Positions 28,840 to 37,771 of a stretch of 64,000 nucleotides of DNA are shown here, in pieces (within the stretch, counting starts at the first letter, position 1; each line of letters starts with the position of its first letter). Made by a program: the position numbers and the translations under genes. The notes beneath the pieces are model-generated. The model was not told where the DNA came from. It worked only from the letters and a program-made list of their open reading frames with translations, and did no database searches. The stretch comes from an uncultured Gammaproteobacteria bacterium (GTDB taxonomy: Bacteria; Pseudomonadota; Gammaproteobacteria; JAIEPX01), in assembly GCA_964567285.1 (NCBI GenBank), contig CAZMLO010000005.1, forward strand, positions 55,866 through 119,865, in the 5' to 3' direction.

Positions 28840-30534
28840 TCAACGACGAAAAATATAGAGCAACCCCTCCAGTGGTCTGTTGTGTTGGAGTCTGAGGGTG
28901 ATTTTTTGTTTTGTGAGGAGGTTGAGTTGGTGTTGGGAGGCGAGGGATTCGATGTAGGTGGGGTTGTGGGCGTAGCGGATGGAGGTTTGTAGGATGTAGG
29001 TAGAGACTGAGGGAGGCGCAATTTCTACGGTGAAGGCGAAAAGGCCATTGGGGTTCAGGGCTTTTTTAATGGATACGAAGAGATTGCTGAGGTCGCCGAG
29101 GTAGGTGAGCACATCAGCGGCGATGATGAGTTCGTTGTTGAGATTCGTTTTTAGAGCTTCGAGGAGATCAGCAACAATCAGTTTGTCATAAATATTTTTT
29201 TCTTCGAGTTTTTGAATCATACGTGGTGAGAGATCTACCCCGATCAGTGGTGAGCCTAAATCACTGAAGAGTGCGCCAGCCAACCCTGTACCGCAACCCA
29301 AATCAAGAATAGGGCGAAGATGAAGATCATCTTTAATAACTGCCATCACTGCTTCATAAATCAATTGCGGGCTTTGATATTTTAGCTGCTCCACCAAGTG
29401 GTGATCAAAATAAGGCGCGTATTGATCAAATAAATGTTCGATATAATCCTGGGGTGCACGATCATGCGTTGTTTCTTGTTTAAGAGCACTTAAAATATAT
29501 GCAATTTCTTGATTATTCGGTTGAAGCTTGAGTGCGGCAGAAAAACTTTCGATGGCTTTGGGGATTTTCTCTAATTTTAAATACACAGCGCCTAAGTTAT
29601 TGTAGGCTGCGAAATATTCAGGATTCGCATCAATCGCCTTAATTAAATAATTCAGTGCATCATCGTGTCGATCTTGATACGAATAAATAACACCGATATT
29701 GTAATACGCTTCAGGGCTCGGTTTTTTTGCGATGGCTTTGATGAAATGCTTCAAGGCTTGTTGAATTTTTTGTTGATCTAAAAATGTGCAGGCCAAATTG
29801 TAATGGGCTTCGTAGTGTTCTGGATCGATTTCAATCACACGAAACAATATCTTGATTGCTTCATCCAGGTTATTTTGGGTCAGAAGGGCAGAAGCGTAGT
29901 TCGCCAAAGCATCTGTAAAATTCGGTTGAATTTCCAGTAGTGCGCGATAATGAAGGATGGCTTCGCTTAAATTGTCAGGGTCTTGAGATTGCTGGAGTTG
30001 CTGTGCCAACGTATAAAGCGCTTGCAAGTGGCGCGGATTAATTTCAATGGTTTGACGTAATTGAGAAATGGCTTCTGAGATATCATCTCGTTTTAGAGCA
30101 ATTAACCCGAGTGTGTAATGTGATTCTGCATTGTTGGGATTTATTTCTAAGGCCTTTTCAGCATTCATTTTAGCGGAATCAAGCTGGCCTTGAACGGTTT
30201 GTAAAAAAGCTAAATTATTATACGCGATAGTTGAATTTGGATTGAGCTCGATAGCCGATTGATAGTGTTGAATAGCGCCTTCAACATCGCCCAAATGTTT
30301 TTTGATATTAGCCAAGCTATTGTGATAGGTGGCATTATGAGGTGAAAGAATTAAAACGCGCTCTAAATATTCTTCGGCTATTTCATATTGTGCAATTTGT
30401 CCATATAGAATACCGACCAGGTGCAAAACATCGACATTGTCAGGATTTTCTTGCAGGAGAGACAAATAAAGTGCTTCCGCTTTTTCCCATTCTCCCTGCT
30501 GATGAAAAGCAATCGCCTCAGACAATGTCGACAA
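28840..30534 (-). CDS. TPR-repeat protein fused to a C-terminal class I SAM-dependent methyltransferase domain
   Basis: More than 10 TPR units (AxxYxNLGxxYxxxGxxxxAIxxYxxALxLxP), then ILDLGCGTGLAG...GVDLSPRMI methyltransferase motif I. Confidence 0.7.
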   Translation of the reverse strand: MSTLSEAIAFHQQGEWEKAEALYLSLLQENPDNVDVLHLVGILYGQIAQYEIAEEYLERVLILSPHNATYHNSLANIKKHLGDVEGAIQHYQSAIELNPNSTIAYNNLAFLQTVQGQLDSAKMNAEKALEINPNNAESHYTLGLIALKRDDISEAISQLRQTIEINPRHLQALYTLAQQLQQSQDPDNLSEAILHYRALLEIQPNFTDALANYASALLTQNNLDEAIKILFRVIEIDPEHYEAHYNLACTFLDQQKIQQALKHFIKAIAKKPSPEAYYNIGVIYSYQDRHDDALNYLIKAIDANPEYFAAYNNLGAVYLKLEKIPKAIESFSAALKLQPNNQEIAYILSALKQETTHDRAPQDYIEHLFDQYAPYFDHHLVEQLKYQSPQLIYEAVMAVIKDDLHLRPILDLGCGTGLAGALFSDLGSPLIGVDLSPRMIQKLEEKNIYDKLIVADLLEALKTNLNNELIIAADVLTYLGDLSNLFVSIKKALNPNGLFAFTVEIAPPSVSTYILQTSIRYAHNPTYIESLASQHQLNLLTKQKITLRLQHNRPLEGLLYIFRR

Positions 30535-30545
30535 AAATGATGCTC

Positions 30546-31682
30546 CTATTCTGTGGGAGAATCCGCCATTAATTCAGCTTCGCCGTTATAAATATTGTTA
30601 GCAGGCGCCTCAAATTCTTTAGGTGCTGTGGAGGTCACATAATTAGCATAGACATTTTTTTGAGTCTGTGATTTCTCGCGCAGAGTAATTTGTCTTTGTA
30701 GTTTGATGGCCTCTGCCAGTTCGTGCACCGCCAAAACATATTGCACATTGTGATTATAACGAGAAATTACCACAAAATTATTTAAACCCACCCAAGGCTC
30801 AATGGTGTTGTCAAAATCAACGGTAAAGAATGTTGCCTTGGCATCCGGTTGCAATTTTTCTTCCCAAGACACACCTTTTTTATTGAGTTCGGAGAGCGTA
30901 TAGGGGGTGGTTAAAGGATTTTGCTTAATATTTTTTAAGGCCGACGGGTTTGCCACAGCGTGCACAGCCACCAGTTGATTGGCTTGCCAGCCATTGCGTT
31001 TGAGATAATTTCCGATACTGCTGATCGCATCTGCGTGATTATTGAGCAAGTCAGCGCGTTTGGTGCCATCTAAATTAACCGCATAATTCCGATAACTACT
31101 CGGCATAAATTGAGGGATACCTAGCGCACCCGCATACGATCCTTTAAGACTCAGCGGATCAAAATGTTGTTCACGGGTTAAGAGTAAATAGTGCTCCAGT
31201 TCAGACGTGAAAAAAGGGGCTCGTTTAGGATAATTAAAAGCAAAAGTCGCCAGCGTTTGGAATACACCAAACTTCATTTGTTCAGTACCATAATTGGATT
31301 CAACACCGATGATGGCGACAATAATATTCGCCGGTACGCCATAAATTTTTTCAGCCTTGGCTAAATCGTTGCTGTGTTCACGCCAGTATTTTGCACCGTG
31401 ATCAATGCGATCTTGAGTCAGAAAGAAATTTCGATAGACTGTCCAGGATTTGGCTTCGTAGGGCTTATCCATTTTGGCGGTGACTTCAGGGTCCATGTGA
31501 ATTTGGCCAAATAGATTATTAAGATATTCTGCATCGAAATGATTCTTTTCTACCATTTGTTCGATAAATTTATTAACTGCAGGGGGTAAATTCTTTGTGT
31601 TTTCAGCAAATGAAGTGGCGCTTAAGCCGAGTGTGGCGAGTAACCCATTGATTGTAATAACAATTTTGCGGCGGAGTAACAT
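30546..31682 (-). CDS. mltB: Lytic murein transglycosylase B family
   Basis: IIGVESNYG and ALGIPQFMPSSY motifs; N-terminal signal peptide. Confidence 0.8.
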   Translation of the reverse strand: MLLRRKIVITINGLLATLGLSATSFAENTKNLPPAVNKFIEQMVEKNHFDAEYLNNLFGQIHMDPEVTAKMDKPYEAKSWTVYRNFFLTQDRIDHGAKYWREHSNDLAKAEKIYGVPANIIVAIIGVESNYGTEQMKFGVFQTLATFAFNYPKRAPFFTSELEHYLLLTREQHFDPLSLKGSYAGALGIPQFMPSSYRNYAVNLDGTKRADLLNNHADAISSIGNYLKRNGWQANQLVAVHAVANPSALKNIKQNPLTTPYTLSELNKKGVSWEEKLQPDAKATFFTVDFDNTIEPWVGLNNFVVISRYNHNVQYVLAVHELAEAIKLQRQITLREKSQTQKNVYANYVTSTAPKEFEAPANNIYNGEAELMADSPTE

Positions 31683-31750
31683 ATCAGTATCCTACGGTTG
31701 TGGAGAGTGGGATGAATCAATTTGGACGCTATAGTACTCGGGGGTCCAGG

Positions 31751-31824
31751 GAGGGGTCAAGTCTTGAATCAGGAATCAGGCAGGGTCAAAACTTGACCCT
31801 GCCTGATTCAAGACTTGACCCCTC
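31751..31824. repeat. Long near-perfect hairpin (about 36-bp stem, 4-nt loop, 7-nt bulge from an AATCAGG duplication) overlapping the 3' end of the def-like gene
   Basis: GAGGGGTCAAGTCTTGAATCAGG(AATCAGG)CAGGGTCAA-AACT-TTGACCCTGCCTGATTCAAGACTTGACCCCTC; not followed by a U-tract on either strand. Confidence 0.55.
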
Positions 31825-32545
31825 CTTTTGCCGCTTGTTTGAGCGATTGCAAAATCTCAGGCTCCAAATTGGAAAATGTTAATTTGATACGATCTGGAAT
31901 AATCAGAGGATGCCCCAAGTTATCTCGATCAACAGCCAGTGTGGGCACATCCGGTTGTTCAGAAAGCGGGAAGGGGTTCTCGAGAATTTCTTCGATCAAT
32001 AGGGCAAATTGTTGGCGCTGAGAATCTGACATATCGTTGATCAAGCGATGAACAAAAACAATGCCATTCAAATGATCAATTTCATGTTGAACAATATGTG
32101 CGCGTAATTCAGTAAATAATTCTTCATGGAAATTTCCCTGAATATCTTGAAAGCGAATTACGACCCAGCGATGTCGGTGCACTTTTCCTCGGAAAAAACA
32201 GGGTACACTGATACAACCCTCACCTGTAATCGGGAAATAAATCTCAGGAGAACGTTCAACAATATGGGGATTAATTAAGACTTCAGCCTTGGGAATTGGC
32301 ATATTAGGATAGCGTTTTTGGGCTCTTTCTAATGCGGTCTCGCTTGCATAGCCCACAATAATAATACTGGGAACTGGCGCTGGAATTTGTGCACACTGAT
32401 TGGCGGCAATACCCACACCGCCTTCTTCGATGGCCAGAGAGATCATGATATCAATTGTATTTTGAATGTTTTTTTCAGCACTAAAATCAACGCGATGAGT
32501 TGGTGTAAATAAAAGCGGATCTCCAAAACAACGTACTGAGTGCAT
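31808..32545 (-). CDS. def: Peptide deformylase-like protein with N-terminal extension
   Basis: GVGIAANQ (motif 1), GEGCISVP (motif 2), HEIDHLNG (motif 3); 245 aa versus about 170 for canonical Def; last 5 codons lie in the hairpin. Confidence 0.7.
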   Translation of the reverse strand: MHSVRCFGDPLLFTPTHRVDFSAEKNIQNTIDIMISLAIEEGGVGIAANQCAQIPAPVPSIIIVGYASETALERAQKRYPNMPIPKAEVLINPHIVERSPEIYFPITGEGCISVPCFFRGKVHRHRWVVIRFQDIQGNFHEELFTELRAHIVQHEIDHLNGIVFVHRLINDMSDSQRQQFALLIEEILENPFPLSEQPDVPTLAVDRDNLGHPLIIPDRIKLTFSNLEPEILQSLKQAAKGGVKS

Positions 32546-32559
32546 AAACTACCTATCGC

Positions 32560-33678
32560 TTAACGTCTAATTAGTTGTCGGTGAGTATGAATAGACATCA
32601 AAATACCAAAGCCTGCCATAATCGTTACCATCGAGGTTCCCCCATAACTCACCAAAGGCAAAGGAATTCCGACCACTGGCAGAATGCCGCTGACCATAGA
32701 CATATTCACAAAAAAGCAAATAAAAAATGTGAGACTGATGCTGCCCGCGAGTAGCCGTGAAAAAGTATCTTGCGCCTGAACGCTAATGTATAAACCGCGG
32801 CCCACAATCGCTAATAACAAAACAATTAAAGCCACAGATCCCATAAATCCGAATTCTTCACCTGCCACGGCAAAAATAAAATCAGTAGAATGCTCAGGCA
32901 AAAATTGCAAATGCGATTGAGTACCATTAAGCCAACCCTTACCAAATAATCCACCAGATCCGATGGCAATTTTGGATTGAATAATATGATAACCTGCGCC
33001 CAAGGGATCCCGTTCAGGATCAAAAAGGGTCAGTACGCGTTGGCGTTGGAAATCATGCATTACTGTCCAGACCGCGGGCAAAGCAGCCAGCAATACTGCT
33101 GAAGCTATGGCAATTAATCGCCAGCCTAATCCCGCTAATAAAAGCACTGATCCGCCCGCCGAAGCAATTAAAATGGCGGTACCCAAATCAGGTTGTTTAG
33201 CGACTAAAAGCACGGGAACAATCAGCATCACCACCGAGAACACCAAAATTTTAAGCGAAGGCGGGAGTGATTTGTCGTGCAAATACCAAGCCAACATCAT
33301 CGGTGCAGCTAATTTCATCATTTCTGATGGTTGAAATCGTACAACACCCACATTGAGCCAACGCTGAGCCCCTTTACCAATATGCCCAATGATATCCACT
33401 GCAATTAATAGGCCAATCCCGATCACGAATACTAACGGTACCCATTTAAAATATTTTTGCGGGGGAATTTGAGCAAAGACGATCATCACGACGATGGCAA
33501 GTCCTAATCGGATAGCTTGATTCGTCAACTGATCAATACTTTGACTGCCTGCGCTGTACAGAATTACGAGTCCTACACCCATCAACAAGATCAATAACGT
33601 TAAAAGGGTGGTGTCGATGTGAATGGTAGACCAAATTGAATCTTTGTTCGATTGGAGGCTACTGGTTTTTGTATTCAT
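32560..33678 (-). CDS. mrdB: Peptidoglycan glycosyltransferase RodA (SEDS family)
   Basis: 372 aa, about 10 TM segments, immediately downstream of PBP2. Confidence 0.85.
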   Translation of the reverse strand: MNTKTSSLQSNKDSIWSTIHIDTTLLTLLILLMGVGLVILYSAGSQSIDQLTNQAIRLGLAIVVMIVFAQIPPQKYFKWVPLVFVIGIGLLIAVDIIGHIGKGAQRWLNVGVVRFQPSEMMKLAAPMMLAWYLHDKSLPPSLKILVFSVVMLIVPVLLVAKQPDLGTAILIASAGGSVLLLAGLGWRLIAIASAVLLAALPAVWTVMHDFQRQRVLTLFDPERDPLGAGYHIIQSKIAIGSGGLFGKGWLNGTQSHLQFLPEHSTDFIFAVAGEEFGFMGSVALIVLLLAIVGRGLYISVQAQDTFSRLLAGSISLTFFICFFVNMSMVSGILPVVGIPLPLVSYGGTSMVTIMAGFGILMSIHTHRQLIRR

Positions 33679-33690
33679 TCAATCTCCTCA

Positions 33691-35538
33691 CTACTCTTCG
33701 GAAGGTTTGATAAAAAAAGCATCTAAAACCGCGCGTGCCACTTTAGCTGCTGAGTGTGAATTTTCAGCAATGACGCCCAGGGCGATTTGAGGTTTTTCAA
33801 CGGGCGCAAATACAATAAATAATGAATTATCTCGGTATTGCTCAGCGACTTCTTCATCTTTTTTGTCTGCTAAAGCGGAGGGACGATAAACTTGGGCTGT
33901 TCCTGTTTTTGCAGCTGCAGTATATAAATCGGGATGACCAAATTTAACATAAGCAGTACCCTGTGGGCTGCTGATGACTTCCGCCATCGCATTGATGACA
34001 ACATCCCAATTTTTATCATCTTCCAGCACTACCGGTGATTGTAGAATGGGCGGTTGCACAATCGTTTCCCCAGAGGATTTTTCGACTTTATGAAGTAACT
34101 GTGGTTGATATCGCACTCCGCGATTCGCTAGTGTAGCTACACCATGTGCTAATTGGAGCGGAGTGGTGAGCATAAATCCTTGACCAATTGAAGCATTCAC
34201 AGTATCACCGGGATACCATTTAGCGTGTTGATTTTTTTGCTTCCACTCGGGCGATGCCACGACGCCAGGTAATTCTTCGTTTAAATCAATGTGAGTCAAT
34301 TCACCAAATCCAAATTTATGCAGAATATCGTCCAGTTTGGTGATGCCTAACTTTGTGCCCAGTGTGTAAAAAAATACGTCGCAGGATTCGCGGACAGCAT
34401 CGTGCACCGTAGTGTGGCCATGCCCCCCTTTTTTATGATTCCAATCACGCCACTGACGTGAAACTCCGGGTAATGAAAAATAGCCATGGCAATTCACAGC
34501 ATCTGTAGGCGTGATGATAGCGGTATTTAAACCCTGGAGTGCAAAAAAGGGTTTTATAGTGGATCCGAAAGGATATAGCCCTCGGACTGCACGATTTTGT
34601 AAGGGTTTATCTGCAGCTTCCCGAAGTAATTGATAATCATTATTGCTGATGCCATTCACGAATAAATTGGGATCGTAATTGGGATGAGAAACTAAAGCCA
34701 ATACTTCACCATTATTCGGATCAATGGCAACTAATCCACCGCGTTCACCTTCAAACGCTTGGTGAGCAACGTGCTGTAATTTGCTATCGATGCTCAGAAT
34801 AATATTATCGCCCGGTGTAGGATCATAACGTTTAAGGATTCGTACGATTTGTCCGGTTGCATTCACCTCAACTTGATTATAACCAACTATGCCATGGAGT
34901 TCGTCTTCATAAAAATGTTCGATACCAATTTTGCCGATATAGTTTGAAGCACTGTAATTTGCAGAATCGATTGTTTTAAGCTCTTTTTCATTGATACGTC
35001 CGACGTAACCTAAGACGGTGACAAGATCCGGTCCGAGTGGGTAATTACGCATCAATCGAGCGTTAATCGTGACACCGGGAAAGCGATAAAGATTGACATA
35101 AAAACGAGCCACTTCGTCATCAGTTAATTTGAGTTTTAAAGAAACAGGTTCAAAAGCGCGATGCTGACGACGATGTTGATAAAATTGTTTGATGGCCTCA
35201 TCGTCAATATCAAAAAGCGTGCGTAATTCTGCGATTGTTTTTTTTATGTTAGGGACGTGATCAGGAATGATATCCAAACTGAAACTGGGAAGATTTTCGG
35301 CTAATAATACGCCATTGCGATCGTAAATCAGACCACGATTGGGTTCGATAGGAATTAGCTCTTGCTGATTTTGTAATGAAAGTGTGCTGAAGCGATTATG
35401 TTCAGTAATTTGAAGGTAAAAAAGTCGGGCAACTAATATGGATGCCAGTAAGAGAATGATGGTCGCTGCGATAATGACGCGTCTTAGGAACAGACTGGCT
35501 TCCTGGTGGTAATTTTTGATGGTAAGTCGTCTTGCCAT
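33691..35538 (-). CDS. mrdA: Penicillin-binding protein 2 (transpeptidase)
   Basis: 615 aa; STIKPF-like active-site Ser motif (GSTIKPF), KTGTA motif, N-terminal membrane anchor. Confidence 0.9.
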   Translation of the reverse strand: MARRLTIKNYHQEASLFLRRVIIAATIILLLASILVARLFYLQITEHNRFSTLSLQNQQELIPIEPNRGLIYDRNGVLLAENLPSFSLDIIPDHVPNIKKTIAELRTLFDIDDEAIKQFYQHRRQHRAFEPVSLKLKLTDDEVARFYVNLYRFPGVTINARLMRNYPLGPDLVTVLGYVGRINEKELKTIDSANYSASNYIGKIGIEHFYEDELHGIVGYNQVEVNATGQIVRILKRYDPTPGDNIILSIDSKLQHVAHQAFEGERGGLVAIDPNNGEVLALVSHPNYDPNLFVNGISNNDYQLLREAADKPLQNRAVRGLYPFGSTIKPFFALQGLNTAIITPTDAVNCHGYFSLPGVSRQWRDWNHKKGGHGHTTVHDAVRESCDVFFYTLGTKLGITKLDDILHKFGFGELTHIDLNEELPGVVASPEWKQKNQHAKWYPGDTVNASIGQGFMLTTPLQLAHGVATLANRGVRYQPQLLHKVEKSSGETIVQPPILQSPVVLEDDKNWDVVINAMAEVISSPQGTAYVKFGHPDLYTAAAKTGTAQVYRPSALADKKDEEVAEQYRDNSLFIVFAPVEKPQIALGVIAENSHSAAKVARAVLDAFFIKPSEE

Positions 35539-35548
35539 ATTGTCCCAT

Positions 35549-36142
35549 TCATGCCCGATGATAAGGGTGATTTGTCATAATACTCCAAGCGCGATAAATC
35601 TGTTCAGCAATAATGACACGCACTAAAGGATGTGGCAAGGTGAGGGGAGAGAGAGACCAAATGTAGTTGGCGCGCTGACGGACAGCATCGGATAATCCAT
35701 CTGGGCCGCCAATAATCAAACAGATTTTGCTTTGTTCTTCACGCCAATTTTTGAGCTGTTTGGCGAGTTGAAGGGTGTTCCAGGCCTGTCCTCGTTCGTC
35801 CAGCGCAATCACGAGGTGCTGAGGGGGAATGGCAGCGAGTATCTTTTGACCTTCTTTCTCAATTGTTTGAAGTGTAGCACTGGATAATTTCTGGATCGCC
35901 ACGCTGCGCTCGTGATGACGGGAACGTTCGGGACTTTGTGAATAGGATTCGTGATGCTTTAAGGATTCTTCTGGTGGGTGTGTCGGTTTTCCTCGTGAAG
36001 GAGATTCCTTGCTTCGGTGCTCGGGTCGAATTTCAATGAGTTCAAGGGCAAATTCAGGGGGTAAACGTTTGTTATAGTCAGAAAACGCTTCTTTAACCCA
36101 AGAAGGCATATTTCGACCGACTGCCAAGCATTTAACGGCCAT
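35549..36142 (-). CDS. rlmH: 23S rRNA (pseudouridine1915-N3)-methyltransferase RlmH carrying an in-frame 43-aa insertion derived from repeat family 2
   Basis: MAVKCLAVGRNMPSWV...ELIEIRPEHRSK[ESPSRGKPTHPPEESLKHHESYSQSPERSRHHERSVAIQKLSS]ATLQTIEKEGQKIL...TLPHPLVRVIIAEQIYRAWSIMTNHPYHR aligns collinearly with E. coli RlmH except for the bracketed segment; start at ATG 36142, not the upstream ORF-track start. Confidence 0.8.
   Translation of the reverse strand: MAVKCLAVGRNMPSWVKEAFSDYNKRLPPEFALELIEIRPEHRSKESPSRGKPTHPPEESLKHHESYSQSPERSRHHERSVAIQKLSSATLQTIEKEGQKILAAIPPQHLVIALDERGQAWNTLQLAKQLKNWREEQSKICLIIGGPDGLSDAVRQRANYIWSLSPLTLPHPLVRVIIAEQIYRAWSIMTNHPYHRA
35879..36007. repeat. Diverged copy of palindromic repeat family 2 inserted in frame within rlmH
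   Basis: 35889-35918 TCTGGATCGCCACGCTGCGCTCGTGATGACGG matches the reverse complement of the 36570-36647 element (2 mismatches in 32); corresponds exactly to the extra 43 codons. Confidence 0.65.
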
Positions 36143-36512
36143 GTTTTTCCCGAACTTGCTCCGTAGTCGACCATAATTTTTCAAGACTATAGAATTCGCG
36201 GATTGGCGGTTGCATGATATGAACAACCACATCCCCAAGATCAACCAAAATCCACTCAGCAGCGTCTTCACCTTCAACTCCCAGAGGCTCTAAACCTTGG
36301 CTTTTGGCACGTATCACAACCTGTTCGGCCAGAGTCTTGAGATGACGTTTTGAGGTGCCGCTACATATAATCATGGTATCAGTGATGGAAGTTAGTTCGC
36401 GCACATCCAGATCAACCACATTGATGCCTTTGTAATCGTCCAGCACGGCCAAAACCATCTGTTTAATTTGCTCAGATTGCATTATTAATACCTTCTTTAC
36501 TTCAGGGGGCAA
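36132..36512 (-). CDS. rsfS: Ribosomal silencing factor RsfS (Iojap/YbeB)
   Basis: IICSGTSKRHLKTLAEQVV...GEDAAEWILVDLGDVVVHIM typical of RsfS; conserved position upstream of rlmH. Confidence 0.85.
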   Translation of the reverse strand: MPPEVKKVLIMQSEQIKQMVLAVLDDYKGINVVDLDVRELTSITDTMIICSGTSKRHLKTLAEQVVIRAKSQGLEPLGVEGEDAAEWILVDLGDVVVHIMQPPIREFYSLEKLWSTTEQVREKHGR

Positions 36513-36569
36513 AAACAGGGGATTATAGCAAAGTGAGAAGGGAAAGTTGAGTCTTTAGATAGAGCTTTT

Positions 36570-36647
36570 CTGGATCACCACGCTCCGCTCGCGATAAAGG
36601 AGTAGCGATGCGCCCACCGTCATCGCGAGCGGAGCGTGGCGATCCAG
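36570..36647. repeat. Palindromic repeat family 2, full copy (26-bp arms CTGGATCACCACGCTCCGCTCGCGAT / ATCGCGAGCGGAGCGTGGCGATCCAG, 26-nt loop)
   Basis: Seen in sequence between rsfS and the His-rich OMP gene; one mismatch between arms. Confidence 0.75.
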
Positions 36648-36731
36648 AAGATTGTTTGAGGGAGAATCAAGAGATGGCGGAAACAAAAAAGCAGTTCCCG
36701 AATGAACGGGAACTGCTTCAGAGTCAGAGAA

Positions 36732-37610
36732 TTAGAACGTATAAGCTAAACCAACTTTGAACACGTTAGTGTCAATGCGAAGCTTACGATCGCTCAGATC
36801 ACGCAAGTTGTTGTCATGACCGTGTTCTTGGCGAACGCCTTCATGGCCATGATGATGATGATTGTTATCATCAAAATCGTTGTGACCATAGTAAGTGTAT
36901 TCATAGGATGTGAACACAGAGAGTCTGTTACACAATTGCTTAGAAATACCAGCACCTAAGACAAAACCGTACAGAGTATCAGAGTTGCTTAGTTCGTTGC
37001 TGTTGTGGTGACGACGACCTTCTTGTCGAACATCATTGTCATGATGACGTCGGCCTTCGTCAGATAAGTCTTTAACTTTAGACTTAACTTGAGCAATTGA
37101 ACCACCTAAGATAGCAAATAATTGAGTTGAATCGCTGACGAAATAACCAGGTTTGAACACGAGTTCGCCTGAGTAAGTCATATCCCAGCTTTGTTCAAAA
37201 TTGAACGCTTCTTCACGATCACGTCGGCCGCCTTCTTGTCGGTCACGACGATCTCGGTTGAATTCGCCCCAGATGTTTTGGTAAGCACGGTTGCTGTAAA
37301 GGTTACCGCTGAGTTCTACGCTATAAATGTATTCACGATCGCAATAGAAGCTCCAACCTAAGGTTAAGCCACCGTTATATCCACGCGCGCTAGCTTCATC
37401 TCTGAATGTCAAAGTATGATCAACGTCGTTATCGTCGTGACGACGATTAGAGACTTTAGCATAGGTTTGACCAGTAACAAATGAAGCACCAGTGTTAACA
37501 CCTACGTAGAATCCTTTTTGATACTCCTGGGTGAAGTTACCAGCAAGAACTCCGCAAGATGATAAAGCTAAAGCGACTGAAGCCGCAATCCTAGCATGAT
37601 GAATAGACAT
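36732..37610 (-). CDS. Outer-membrane beta-barrel protein with His/Arg/Asp-rich loops (OmpA/OmpW-like barrel)
   Basis: Signal peptide, alternating amphipathic beta-strands, C-terminal GLAYTF; charged loops RDRRDRQEGGRRDREE, RRHHDNDVRQEGRRHH, DNNHHHHGHEGVRQEHGHDNN. Confidence 0.55.
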   Translation of the reverse strand: MSIHHARIAASVALALSSCGVLAGNFTQEYQKGFYVGVNTGASFVTGQTYAKVSNRRHDDNDVDHTLTFRDEASARGYNGGLTLGWSFYCDREYIYSVELSGNLYSNRAYQNIWGEFNRDRRDRQEGGRRDREEAFNFEQSWDMTYSGELVFKPGYFVSDSTQLFAILGGSIAQVKSKVKDLSDEGRRHHDNDVRQEGRRHHNSNELSNSDTLYGFVLGAGISKQLCNRLSVFTSYEYTYYGHNDFDDNNHHHHGHEGVRQEHGHDNNLRDLSDRKLRIDTNVFKVGLAYTF

Positions 37611-37771
37611 ATAAACTCCCTTAATGTCATTAATAAAAAAAGTAAAATCTACAACTTAAGTGATCGTTTGTCAAGGTTATCGAAGAAAAAACGCAGCAAC
37701 AACCCGATCAAACTTGAGTATAGGAGACGATCTAAAATATTTCCAGTTTTTGACAAGATTTTTTGCGAGAC

